From: a virus
Lineage: Duplodnaviria; Caudoviricetes
Length of the DNA: 64,000 nucleotides
Virus record (IMG/VR): IMGVR_UViG_3300020050_007888
Location: 7,554 to 71,553 of that record
Strand: one strand, 5' to 3'
Shown piece by piece: positions 38,373 through 47,796 of the stretch (position 1 is the first letter of the stretch; every line of letters starts with the position of its first letter). The notes under the pieces were generated by a model. That model searched no databases. It was given only the letters and a program-made list of their open reading frames with translations, and had not been told where the DNA came from. The position numbers were made by a program, and so were the translations under genes.

Positions 38373-38675
38373 ATGCAAGTACTAAGAATCAAAAACATCG
38401 AGACGTTCAAAAGCGAAACGAACGGTCAATTCTACTTCAACCTCCGTGGATTAAACGGCAGAGTAGTTGTTCCATCGGAAGGCTACACGCGTAAGGCGAA
38501 TCGTGACAAGACGGTTGATCTTATCAACTCATCATTGCTGCGCCCTGTTCCGGTTGTAGAGCGTCCGGCGCGGGCATTGGTGAACCGGCCTGCTGCTCGG
38601 AAAGTCGTGGCGGGATTTGCCCCTGCGAAGAAGAAGGCTGCTCGTTCGGTGAAGCAGGCGCGTCCAAAGGCGTAG
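38373..38675 (+). CDS. YegP/DUF1508-like protein with a basic Ala/Lys/Arg tail
   Basis: FKSETNGQFYFNLRGLNGRVVVPSEGYTRKANRDKTV resembles DUF1508; ATG 38373 follows an A/C-rich leader. Confidence 0.7.
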   Translation: MQVLRIKNIETFKSETNGQFYFNLRGLNGRVVVPSEGYTRKANRDKTVDLINSSLLRPVPVVERPARALVNRPAARKVVAGFAPAKKKAARSVKQARPKA

Positions 38676-40938
38676 TCCTTGCTATCTCAAGATTGTAATT
38701 AAAAAGGGCTGTGAATCTTTCTTCACGGCCTTTTACTCTTATTTGCTCAAGGGCAGATTCACTCTTCAGTTTCTCAAGCAACGCCTTAGCCTCTGTCATC
38801 ATCGCTTCGGTAGCGCGTTTCTCCTGTTCAACAGCTTTCATGTTCTCGCCGTTCATCTGCATGTTGCGATCCTGAAGTGCCATCTGCTCCTGCTTGGCTT
38901 GCTCCTCACGGTACATAATCCACATCTGAGCGTACTTTAACTGACCCCTTTCAAGGCATTGAAGCACGAACATGAAGTCACCGAAACTGATACCGGCTTG
39001 CCCCTGCTTGTTGGCTTTCAAACTATCGTTGGCAACACCTAAGATGATTTCTCTTTGAGTGTCGTCAATGAGCATTTCACAGTTAGTGCTTATCACCTTG
39101 CTTCCAATATCTCCAAAGCTCAGGCGAACGATTTCGGCTATACCTCCATCGCGTTCTACCATCTCTGAAATATCTCCCGATGCGGTACGCAGTTGCCATC
39201 TCAGGCATAGGTTATTAAAGTTGCGGTTCTTGACACGCTTGTAACCGGAAAGGATGGGACGCAATGTATCCATCATGCTTGCCTCGGCGATCTTGGCGAC
39301 TCCTACAAGTCCATCACCTGTAGGCGTAGTGCCATCGGGACCACGACCAATAGCGGTCAGTTCTCCAAGAGTACCAATGTGCATGTTAAAGGTAGCGATG
39401 AACTCATTGAGAATAGGTCCAAGTCCACCTGGCATATTCTCTACCGGTGCTACCTGATTATAAACAGGTCTTCCGTTGGCATCCATCTGCGCCTTCCATA
39501 TCACATCACCCGTAGTTCGATATACCTTGAGCACGTCAAAGTCCTTGCCTCCCATCTTCATGCCCTGCATACTTCCCCACTCCACCTGAATACCAGCGGG
39601 AGCAGCCTTCGCCCAAGCGTTTCTGAACTTCAGAACAGCGATCTGCATGTCGTCAATAGTGGATACGCAACGCGAAGTCAAACTCCTGTCTGTGATACGG
39701 TAGATAGAGTAGCTTGACTTGGGACGGTTCTGTGCATCAAAAATCTGATTGTACTGATAGCCGTAGTCTTTGATGATCTTGGTTCCGATGATCCACTTGC
39801 CTCTGTATCTGCGGGCATACTTATTTGTCTCGTATCGGTTACTCTGCTTCTTCTTATCAACGCCAAAGGGTAGCTTGAATGCTTTCTCCTGACCATCACG
39901 AAGGGTGCGGTACTCGAAAGTATAAGTGTTGAATGATTCAAAGTCCATGTCAAGGACAGGCACTCTGAATAAAGAAAGCCTGCTGTAGTCCTGAACACCA
40001 AAGCGGTTCCATTGTTGGAAAGCGGGGTTGCCAAGTGCTCCGGCATACGCCTTCACGCATTCATTGATTTCTTCATCGGTAAGCCCCAGGTCTTTGAGTT
40101 CGCCCATTGTCATGAACCTGATCTCAGCTACATCGGAAATGTTGGTGAAGGCATTGTCTCTTGTGCTACCTACAATCAGAAACTCAGGGTCAACATACCG
40201 TGACATCGGAATACCACTAACAGTATCAGTATAGTCCTGACAGGCAATCATACCAATATCCACGGCATCTTCATCCATCCGGTTACGAATCTCCTCCCAC
40301 TCGGACATCTTTGCGCTCTTAAACAGGTACTTCTCAAGGGCTACCTCCACAGCAAGTCTGAAGCTCCCCATTGAGGCAAGCATCTCCATCTCTTCAAAGG
40401 ACCGTGGCATGATAGGGAGTGGCGACTGCTCAGGGTCTTCCATATCCTCTATGCCGGCAGCCTCTTTGATTCCTGCAATGAAGTCTGCTTCCTTCATCTG
40501 CACCCAAGTCTTGTACTTGATTAGTTTACGCTCATACTCACTACCTTCATCCAAGCATTGTACGGAAACAGCGTAATCGAATTTACGTAATGTGCCAAGC
40601 ACCTTCTCTCTGTACTTGGTGTAGATAGGTACGTTATCCCAAGAGATGTTGTAGAATCCTGTCCTCTCTCCCGTTTTCGGGTCCAAGGGGTCAAGGATAT
40701 TCATATATTTGGTGGTGGGTTGTCGCCCTTGAGCATACGCTCTGAGGTTAGCGTATTCCTGTGATGCGGAAGCGGGGATATAACTATCGCCTAAAAGCCA
40801 CATGCTGAAAAGGTATTCAGCCTTTCGGATGAACCAATCTTTATTATCTACTTTACTATCAGGGTTGATATTGTCGTCAACATTAGGGAACTCCCGTTTG
40901 TTGTACTTATCGGTAAATTTAAGGTTGTCCAGTTTCAT
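38524..40938 (-). CDS. Portal protein
   Basis: 804 aa directly downstream of terL; LRAYAQGRQP...ISWDNVPIYTKY...SRYVDPE...coiled-coil and Q/P-rich tail, resembling Bacteroidota/crAss-like portals. Confidence 0.8.
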   Translation of the reverse strand: MKLDNLKFTDKYNKREFPNVDDNINPDSKVDNKDWFIRKAEYLFSMWLLGDSYIPASASQEYANLRAYAQGRQPTTKYMNILDPLDPKTGERTGFYNISWDNVPIYTKYREKVLGTLRKFDYAVSVQCLDEGSEYERKLIKYKTWVQMKEADFIAGIKEAAGIEDMEDPEQSPLPIMPRSFEEMEMLASMGSFRLAVEVALEKYLFKSAKMSEWEEIRNRMDEDAVDIGMIACQDYTDTVSGIPMSRYVDPEFLIVGSTRDNAFTNISDVAEIRFMTMGELKDLGLTDEEINECVKAYAGALGNPAFQQWNRFGVQDYSRLSLFRVPVLDMDFESFNTYTFEYRTLRDGQEKAFKLPFGVDKKKQSNRYETNKYARRYRGKWIIGTKIIKDYGYQYNQIFDAQNRPKSSYSIYRITDRSLTSRCVSTIDDMQIAVLKFRNAWAKAAPAGIQVEWGSMQGMKMGGKDFDVLKVYRTTGDVIWKAQMDANGRPVYNQVAPVENMPGGLGPILNEFIATFNMHIGTLGELTAIGRGPDGTTPTGDGLVGVAKIAEASMMDTLRPILSGYKRVKNRNFNNLCLRWQLRTASGDISEMVERDGGIAEIVRLSFGDIGSKVISTNCEMLIDDTQREIILGVANDSLKANKQGQAGISFGDFMFVLQCLERGQLKYAQMWIMYREEQAKQEQMALQDRNMQMNGENMKAVEQEKRATEAMMTEAKALLEKLKSESALEQIRVKGREERFTALFNYNLEIARTTPLDAPASPNEQPSSSQGQIPPRLSEQQAGSPMPAPDALQPEQGAAMMS
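38701..38738. terminator. Hairpin with U-tracts on both strands, inside the portal coding sequence
   Basis: AAAAGGGCTGTGAA-TCTTTC-TTCACGGCCTTTT, 25 nt after the DUF1508 stop. Confidence 0.55.
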
Positions 40939-43900
40939 CTTGAATATGTGTCTCCTTCGTATTTGAAGCGTTGATAGTAATTAAGAATATCGGGTTCGAC
41001 GTTAGTTGGCTCCTCGTATATGAAAGACATGTCCCCGGCACCGATGAGTGCATAACCTGTGGCAACAGACAAGTCATAGTCTTGTAGGTCATCGACAAGT
41101 TCTTTCCACTGGGAGAGTAGTTCATCGTGTTTTTCTCGGAGGGCATGGTGTTCAATATAGGATTGGATGACGGAAAATATCTGCTGAACCTGCTTGACGT
41201 GGGTATTCTCCCCTGGTTCTTTGGCATACTTGCCCGTCATTGGGTCAAATTTATAGTATAAATAGCCTCCATATCCGCGTTGCTGAAAATAGTCTGCAAG
41301 GAAGGTGACGTTCATCTCAGGGTACATCTCGCATCCAAAATAAACGCACATCATAATCATATCCTCACCGTAATCCTCTTTGGTAGGCGGGCGGTTGCTA
41401 TAGGTGCACACAAATCGGTTCGACTCCCATTGAGAAGTGTTCTCTTTGTTTGAATCTACTGCACCATCGTACTTGTAAAATACCGCTCCGGCACCATCCG
41501 AACGCTTTGTCTTCTTGGTCTTATCGAACTTGAAGGGGTCACCTCCGGCTATGAATTTTGTTTTGTTGGCAGGGGACTTCACACCGTTCTCGTCAATATA
41601 CATTCTATTGGCGTGGGAGGGGTCTTTGAAGTTCCAAGTAATGAACCACCTGCCGTTATCACATGGCACCCATCGTACTTTACTATCCGGTCCTGCAATC
41701 CACTCAAAGTTCCCTTGAATCTTATCGGGATTCCCGTTGCGGTAATAGTCCAATCGCTCCTCGATCTTCAGTAAATTAAATATACACTGACGGGCAGAGG
41801 TCTTCCAACAATCGGCGTAGTGAAGAGGATATTGTCTGCACTCCTCGATATATCCTGCGATGTCTCCTGCATCACGTTTTGACTCTCTCTTGTTGATTAG
41901 ATACCGCTCTATTGCAGCTTCATTAGCATTGCCAAACTTGTCAATAAAAGGCTTCTTGGTAATAGGGTCTATCCCTTCCATGCCTTCTTTAGCAGATTGA
42001 AATAAAGTATACAAACCCGATTCGGTCATGCCGTTGGCATCCCTTTTATGATAATCAGAGGCATCGCAAAGTTTCTTAAACATCTTACCACCACCTCTAT
42101 CCATCTCTCCTGTGGTGGAGGTGTTTATCATCTTGCCTTTGCGTGAAGTCCCCCTCTCGATATTGGTAAGGCATGGTATCTGAACTCGGACGCGTTCGTT
42201 GATGTCGATCTCAACAGTATTATGCGTTACAGTGAAATCGCCTAATAAGAACAGGTGGTCTTTATCTAAAGTAAATCCATAGTAATCTCCCTCACCCTTT
42301 TCAACTAATTGAAAACCTACGTGTTGAGGATTTCTTCTGTTTTTATTGGTACTATCTACTGGCATTTTTTTCCGATCAACCTGACAGGGAATTTCAGACA
42401 GGTTATTACCATAAATAGTTATTCTAAAGGCACTCCCTTTAAAACCTGTTGACTTTATAGAAGTTTTTTTCTCCTTTAACTTGGTGTAATATCCCAGAGA
42501 TTGACACAGAAAAACTATTTGTTCAGACAATTCTTTTCTAACCTGAACAATTTCATAATAACCGTCAGATCGGTGTCCATCAGTATCTATTAATCCGGCT
42601 AAAAGTTGAAGCCTAACCGCTCTTGAGTTTATGAGATATTCTTTCGGAATATGTTTATTAGACTCAAGATTGTGATCTCTTAGTAAATTCAGAAAATGAT
42701 TGCTACGTCCTCTTATACCAGTGCTAATATTATAGTTTGTGCTCCCTGATTTGCGTTTATTATGATGCTCGCTTAGATGAAGTCCATAAGGCTTAATAAT
42801 GGTGTCAATTTTATTAAGTATCGCAGTATCTGTATTGCAAATATTTATTGAAGCACAATTTGAACTACCATCGCCAAGCCATACACCCAAAAGATAAGGG
42901 TCAATAGGGGTAGATACAGAAGGAAAATCAATATCCACCCTGTATTGAACTAAGTGTTTTTGGCGCAACTTGCTTAATTGCAAGTAGTCTTTTACGGAAA
43001 TATTAATTACATCTCCTTTCTTAACGCCTTTCCAAAGGTGCATAGACGTTGCGCTTTTCAAACTTAATATGTGATGTTGATTACATCCCCATGAATCTCC
43101 TTTATTGGGAATAACATCATACATTGTATCTCTTCCTCGGCCCAAAGACAGAACTGTTCTTGAAGTGCTATCAGGACCCATCACAAGGTCACCAACTACA
43201 ATATCTTGAACCATTTTTACGCTTCCGTCAAACATTAAAATAGGCGTATTTATACTGAAACATTTCCCAGGCTCATCGTTATGTATCAACCACCTCTTTG
43301 TACCATCATAAGAAGTCACTCCTGAGTCTTTGTAATCAATAAAACTATTCAGTGCAGGCTGATTCCTGTCGAGGTTCTGCTTGGAGGTAGGCGAAAAGAA
43401 CCTGATCTCCTTCCATGTATTGTTTCCTGAGTCGGTGACGGGCTGAAAGAAAAACGGGACGGTTCGGAACGGCTCATAGGTGTTCATAAAATGAACCTCT
43501 TCGGCATGTTTCTCATCCTTACTTTGCAGTCCGGCGGTGAAGTAGGGTTGGGACGAGGCACAGTCGGCTTTTATCCCGCAAACTTTTATCGTAGCCCCTA
43601 CCCTTCGAGGCTTTGGGTTGTTGAATCCAAAACAGTTGTCGTCTTCATAAACCATGTGCCAAAACCAAAACCACCGGCGGTCATAGTTCCTGTAGTCGGG
43701 AGGCGCACCATCTATGGGCCACCATTGGAGTTGCCAGTAGTGATGCCCTGTTATCATCGTCGGCACCCCATTGTTAAAAAACCAAAACCCATTCTCTCTT
43801 CGCTCCCACTCTTTCTCTATGTAGTCAATCTCCTCACGGTAATAGTCAGAGTCTTTCTCCAAAATCTTCATCTTCAGGCGGGGAGTAAGCTCATTGCCCT

Positions 43901-44111
43901 CCTCGTCCTTCTGCATGTCATTAATCTTCTGCAACTTAGCAGGTAGTGGCTTATGCCTCCAAAACTGTTCATGCGGTGGCAGTCCGTAGCCTTCTATCGT
44001 TTCAAGCGGTGGAGGATCAGGAGGCCGGTATTCTATTGGAATAAGGTCTTTATCCTCGTTCCACACCATCACCTCTTCATGAGGCTTGTAAGACTTAATG
44101 TGCTTTGACAT
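40935..44111 (-). CDS. terL: Terminase large subunit containing an intein
   Basis: PKPRRVGAT (Walker A region), HNDEPGK (Walker B region), INTSTTGEM, AGGDPF...DGAG...YPEMN...YDLSVA (RNase H-like nuclease). Confidence 0.9.
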   Translation of the reverse strand: MSKHIKSYKPHEEVMVWNEDKDLIPIEYRPPDPPPLETIEGYGLPPHEQFWRHKPLPAKLQKINDMQKDEEGNELTPRLKMKILEKDSDYYREEIDYIEKEWERRENGFWFFNNGVPTMITGHHYWQLQWWPIDGAPPDYRNYDRRWFWFWHMVYEDDNCFGFNNPKPRRVGATIKVCGIKADCASSQPYFTAGLQSKDEKHAEEVHFMNTYEPFRTVPFFFQPVTDSGNNTWKEIRFFSPTSKQNLDRNQPALNSFIDYKDSGVTSYDGTKRWLIHNDEPGKCFSINTPILMFDGSVKMVQDIVVGDLVMGPDSTSRTVLSLGRGRDTMYDVIPNKGDSWGCNQHHILSLKSATSMHLWKGVKKGDVINISVKDYLQLSKLRQKHLVQYRVDIDFPSVSTPIDPYLLGVWLGDGSSNCASINICNTDTAILNKIDTIIKPYGLHLSEHHNKRKSGSTNYNISTGIRGRSNHFLNLLRDHNLESNKHIPKEYLINSRAVRLQLLAGLIDTDGHRSDGYYEIVQVRKELSEQIVFLCQSLGYYTKLKEKKTSIKSTGFKGSAFRITIYGNNLSEIPCQVDRKKMPVDSTNKNRRNPQHVGFQLVEKGEGDYYGFTLDKDHLFLLGDFTVTHNTVEIDINERVRVQIPCLTNIERGTSRKGKMINTSTTGEMDRGGGKMFKKLCDASDYHKRDANGMTESGLYTLFQSAKEGMEGIDPITKKPFIDKFGNANEAAIERYLINKRESKRDAGDIAGYIEECRQYPLHYADCWKTSARQCIFNLLKIEERLDYYRNGNPDKIQGNFEWIAGPDSKVRWVPCDNGRWFITWNFKDPSHANRMYIDENGVKSPANKTKFIAGGDPFKFDKTKKTKRSDGAGAVFYKYDGAVDSNKENTSQWESNRFVCTYSNRPPTKEDYGEDMIMMCVYFGCEMYPEMNVTFLADYFQQRGYGGYLYYKFDPMTGKYAKEPGENTHVKQVQQIFSVIQSYIEHHALREKHDELLSQWKELVDDLQDYDLSVATGYALIGAGDMSFIYEEPTNVEPDILNYYQRFKYEGDTYSR
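42219..43262 (-). mobile_element. Intein of 348 aa with a LAGLIDADG homing endonuclease
   Basis: Starts CFSINTPILMFDG after DEPGK and ends YGFTLDKDHLFLLGDFTVTHN before Thr; internal LLGVWLGDGS and LLAGLIDTDG; visibly AT-richer than its flanks. Confidence 0.93.
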
Positions 44112-44119
44112 TATCAGCT

Positions 44120-44887
44120 TTATAATGATAATTGGTATTGGCTTTTATAAATAACCCATCGTTTTTCTTGGTCATTATAGTGCTCTTTATCTATTTCTAT
44201 TCCAACAAAATCATTAACACCATATCTATCTGCTGAAATACGACTACTCCCGCTACCTAAATGTGTGTCAATAACTTTCATGCCCTTAAATCCAAATTCT
44301 AAAAAAATCTTATCATATAGTAAAGTAGGTTTATGGCAAGGATGTATGCGTTTTTCGTTTAATTTTTTATTCCCTTGCTGTGTCATTGGTTCGCTTAGAC
44401 TTTTTGCTTGGCACATTCCAGCCCATAATAAAGGCAATTCCATTTCGTAATCAATCATTGAGCAATAAGCCAATTCATATTTTTTGAAACTCATGCCTTC
44501 AGCAACACCTTTGTTCCATTTTATTCTGCCATTCCCTACGCCAATCCAATTCACATATTCAATTCCAAATATTATCTGATGCTTTGAAATCCTTTTTAAT
44601 TCATCAAAATATTCTTGTGGAGGCGGTTCTTTATCCCAATCTTTAAAATTGTGTACTTTTTTATTTGTATTTCCATTTAATCGACTTCCATTTTTTTGCC
44701 TTACAGTTGTTTTCACTTCTTTTAAGAAAGCCATGTTTGCCACATCTATCCCATAAGGAACATCGCATACTGCTAAATCAAAGTAGTTGTCTGGAAATCT
44801 TGGTAAAATATTTTTATAGTCATCATTAAAAACAACGCTACGACTAATCGGGTCTAAGTTAATGTAGGTGGGCTGTGCTTGTATCAT
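44120..44887 (-). CDS. N6-adenine/N4-cytosine DNA methyltransferase (beta-class order)
   Basis: FDLAVCDVPYG (motif IV variant) precedes HPCHKP and VIDTHLGSGSS (motif I). Confidence 0.85.
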   Translation of the reverse strand: MIQAQPTYINLDPISRSVVFNDDYKNILPRFPDNYFDLAVCDVPYGIDVANMAFLKEVKTTVRQKNGSRLNGNTNKKVHNFKDWDKEPPPQEYFDELKRISKHQIIFGIEYVNWIGVGNGRIKWNKGVAEGMSFKKYELAYCSMIDYEMELPLLWAGMCQAKSLSEPMTQQGNKKLNEKRIHPCHKPTLLYDKIFLEFGFKGMKVIDTHLGSGSSRISADRYGVNDFVGIEIDKEHYNDQEKRWVIYKSQYQLSL

Positions 44888-45573
44888 ATTTTCTTCTCCT
44901 TTCGGGCTTTGGCTCTTAACTCTGGGGTAAGCATTAACCGTTTTCGCACTTCTTCAAGGACAAGCCTGTAGAGGTCTTGCTGAAGGTAGGTGTTAGTATC
45001 TCTCAGAAAGTCGGAGGCAAGCTGCGATATATCCGCACTCATATCCTTCAACTGCTTGTACAGGTCTCCTCTGATCTTTTCTCCCTGTAATAAGTCTTTC
45101 CCCTCCATGCTTACAAAACTATTGATCTGACGTTGCTTACGGTAGAACGCCTCCCACGCTGTAACAAGCATCACATATTCAGGAGAGTTGAAAAGGGACG
45201 CGAAGTCGATGATGGCGTAGTTGATGCTGTCCTTCTTCCCGTTAATAATGTCATAATATTCGGTGTCAAAGATGGTGGTGTCTGGGTTATAAGTGAATCC
45301 GGCAACAGCCCCACACCATGACTTGCGCTTGAAAATATCTGCAATCTGAGTTTGCGCCGGAGAGTTACGGTCGTAACACAAACAGATGTATTTTATGATC
45401 TTATTGGCATCTTTAGGATAGTCTTTTTTTATGTCCTGAAATGACTTGAATCGTGCAAGCTCAATGAACTGATCCAGAAAGGGTTTGCTCTGATCGGCAG
45501 TCATGACGTTGAACTTCATGTGGCGATAATCCTGCGGTCCAAACGGGTATTGATCTATGACAGTCAGGCTCAT
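44884..45573 (-). CDS. Hypothetical protein in the packaging operon (small terminase subunit possible but unsupported)
   Basis: Coupled between the GroES-like gene and the methylase; helical C-terminus. Confidence 0.5.
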   Translation of the reverse strand: MSLTVIDQYPFGPQDYRHMKFNVMTADQSKPFLDQFIELARFKSFQDIKKDYPKDANKIIKYICLCYDRNSPAQTQIADIFKRKSWCGAVAGFTYNPDTTIFDTEYYDIINGKKDSINYAIIDFASLFNSPEYVMLVTAWEAFYRKQRQINSFVSMEGKDLLQGEKIRGDLYKQLKDMSADISQLASDFLRDTNTYLQQDLYRLVLEEVRKRLMLTPELRAKARKEKKI

Positions 45574-46250
45574 ACGATCACATAGTTAATGTTTTTACGT
45601 CTAAGGCGATATAATGTCCGTCCTTTGTCTAAAATCTGATGCAGAGGATATTGAAGTTCAATAGCATAGCGAGAGTCGAAGTGAATGCGATCACCCACCT
45701 TCAGGTCAGCATCCGGCTCATAAAAGTCTTGATCGAATGCCTGAGCGTACTGTTCCACGGGGCTTCCGATATAGCGGATAGTTCCGTACTGCTTGCTCTT
45801 CATGGATTTAATATCTAAAGTGGTTTCCAGTCCCGCTTTGAGAACTGCTTGCACCTGCTCGTCTACGGTAGCGTCATCCGCCTCAACAATAACAATACCG
45901 TTTACAGGAACCACTTCTTCCCCTCGGATAGCCACGTAGATGCTGTCATAGCGAAGGGGGTAGCATCCGTTAATAGGAACGAAATCTTTTCTTAACGTAT
46001 CCTCTGCTTTATAGTCAAAAATAATGCGATCACCGACTTTCACCTCGATAGGCACTTTGTAGAGCGCAGAGGAGGGATTCTTGGGATCGTAGAGCAACTT
46101 TTCACATACTGCCTCTACTACACCTGAAGTGACGGAGTGCATGTATGGCTCCCATGCTGTGACGAGCTTTAACTTCTCACCATTAGACATGAGGATTTCA
46201 TCATTGTCACGGTCGAACCGGACAAGGACATGATTGTAGGGAACGCGCAT
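45570..46250 (-). CDS. Co-chaperonin GroES-like protein with two tandem domains
   Basis: PYNHVLV...SGVVEAV...VKVGDRIIF and PVNGIVIV...YGTIRYIG...LKVGDRIHF. Confidence 0.8.
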   Translation of the reverse strand: MRVPYNHVLVRFDRDNDEILMSNGEKLKLVTAWEPYMHSVTSGVVEAVCEKLLYDPKNPSSALYKVPIEVKVGDRIIFDYKAEDTLRKDFVPINGCYPLRYDSIYVAIRGEEVVPVNGIVIVEADDATVDEQVQAVLKAGLETTLDIKSMKSKQYGTIRYIGSPVEQYAQAFDQDFYEPDADLKVGDRIHFDSRYAIELQYPLHQILDKGRTLYRLRRKNINYVIV

Positions 46251-46281
46251 AGTTTATTTTTGGGTGCATAGATTAACTTAA

Positions 46282-46300
46282 CAAAAGTACATTAGTTTTG
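46282..46300. promoter_or_regulatory. Back-to-back divergent -7 boxes
   Basis: TACTTTTG on the minus strand (46289-46282) and TAGTTTTG on the plus strand (46293-46300) in the 54-bp gap between divergent operons. Confidence 0.6.
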
Positions 46301-46304
46301 CTAC

Positions 46305-46757
46305 ATGCTGATAACCCTTGAACGTCAAATATTCACAGATTTAAGCACAATAGGTCGGCTCACCATTCAGGGGCAGTCCTGGTGGACTATTGAAGACTTC
46401 GATAGGGGGCTTAATCAGGACATGGAGGAAAGCGAAATTTTAGCCAAGAAGGTGTATGGCAAGACAGCAATCCCTTATGGTGTGTATCCGGTTTGGATCA
46501 CAAGAAGTAACCGCTTCAGCACAGCAAAGAAGAATGTTTTTACGCCTCAGATTATGAAGGTAAAGGGCTTTGCGGGAATACGTATTCATCCGGCGAATCA
46601 CGCCTCACAGTTAGAAGGTTGCATTGCCCCAGGGAGAACTAAGGGTATAGATGCTGTTTACAACAGTCGTCCCGCCTATTCAGAAATACTCACAATACTC
46701 AACGAGGTATTCAAAGAAGGAATATCCGTTGACATACAAATAATTAAGCATGTTTGA
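46305..46757 (+). CDS. DUF5675-like protein, putative endolysin
   Basis: LERQIFTDLSTIGRL...TAIPYGVY...GIRIHPANHASQLEGCIAPG (HxxN...GC). Confidence 0.7.
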   Translation: MLITLERQIFTDLSTIGRLTIQGQSWWTIEDFDRGLNQDMEESEILAKKVYGKTAIPYGVYPVWITRSNRFSTAKKNVFTPQIMKVKGFAGIRIHPANHASQLEGCIAPGRTKGIDAVYNSRPAYSEILTILNEVFKEGISVDIQIIKHV

Positions 46758-46822
46758 ACAACCATCACCGGAACTCATAGAAGCTATTGAGCAGATGTAC
46801 GGACTAATACCAGAGCCACCTT

Positions 46823-47137
46823 ATGCCAACGCAGAATGAAGAAATGTTCTCAGCGGGATTCGCGTATGCTGAGAATGTACTAACGTTTAACTATGTAGCA
46901 GGAATGTTAATCGCTGCTATCGCTGCGCTAAGTGGCGCGTTAATATACGTATGGAAGTATCAGAATAAAGAAAGAGAGGTTACACGCGAGCAGTTCAAGG
47001 AGATGCACAAGGAGATGGTGGAAGTAGTGAAGGGGAATAAGGATGCGTATCATGAACTAAAGACAGAGATTCAATTATCGAGACAGACTATGAGTACTAT
47101 TCAAGACATACTAAAGGACATCAGGGCAAACGCATGA
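46823..47137 (+). CDS. Single-TM membrane protein with a coiled-coil tail (holin-like)
   Basis: Hydrophobic YVAGMLIAAIAALSGALIYVW followed by a charged heptad region. Confidence 0.5.
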   Translation: MPTQNEEMFSAGFAYAENVLTFNYVAGMLIAAIAALSGALIYVWKYQNKEREVTREQFKEMHKEMVEVVKGNKDAYHELKTEIQLSRQTMSTIQDILKDIRANA

Positions 47138-47475
47138 ATCTACCTGTAGTGATTTTGTATGTTTTGTATTTACTTGACCTGCTTGTGCTGTTTAGCGGAT
47201 TAGTGTACGTGTTCTACTGTTTGATAGCAAGTAAGTACTATCATAACGCATACCTGAATGGTACACGATTGAAGGTAGCATTTATATTGCCGTTCTTAAT
47301 GATATTCTATGTAGGGAGTGACTGCTATCATAGCTATCTATTTAATGAATCAACGATGTGGAATACAAGTGATGCTTCGATGTGGGATAAGGCGTTCAGA
47401 CAAGGGGTATCTCTTGTCACTTCACTTGTAGCGACACTATTAATCACCGGTTACGACTTCGGAAATAAAACATAA
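47134..47475 (+). CDS. Multi-pass membrane protein
   Basis: Three hydrophobic segments; coupled to the upstream gene. Confidence 0.5.
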   Translation: MNLPVVILYVLYLLDLLVLFSGLVYVFYCLIASKYYHNAYLNGTRLKVAFILPFLMIFYVGSDCYHSYLFNESTMWNTSDASMWDKAFRQGVSLVTSLVATLLITGYDFGNKT

Positions 47476-47480
47476 AACCA

Positions 47481-47789
47481 ATGAACACAAGAAAAATTTA
47501 CCAAACTGAGGACGGCGCGATCCTCGATATGCCAAACACAGGACTACGATTTCGCATACGGGATCAGTATGTTGTAAAAACATCGGAAGAGGTGCAAGAC
47601 TTAATTGAGATTCCATTTGACACCACAGCGCAGGCGTTGATACTTAACGCTATCTCTAATCTTGGCACAGGCATAGAGGATGGCAGTATCCCGCAGGAAC
47701 CTGGCGTAGTAACAGACTATGATAAACTCTTCCTGATCCAAGAGATCATCGAAGAAAAAATGGAAGATTTTGATGGACCTGAAAGCTGA
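47481..47789 (+). CDS. Acidic hypothetical protein
   Basis: ORF with an AAACC-ATG leader. Confidence 0.5.
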   Translation: MNTRKIYQTEDGAILDMPNTGLRFRIRDQYVVKTSEEVQDLIEIPFDTTAQALILNAISNLGTGIEDGSIPQEPGVVTDYDKLFLIQEIIEEKMEDFDGPES

Positions 47790-47796
47790 TACTACC

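Noticed and set aside
43491-43946. Plus-strand 151-aa ORF antisense to terL
   Set aside because: No motif or promoter, and it lies wholly opposite a conserved essential gene.
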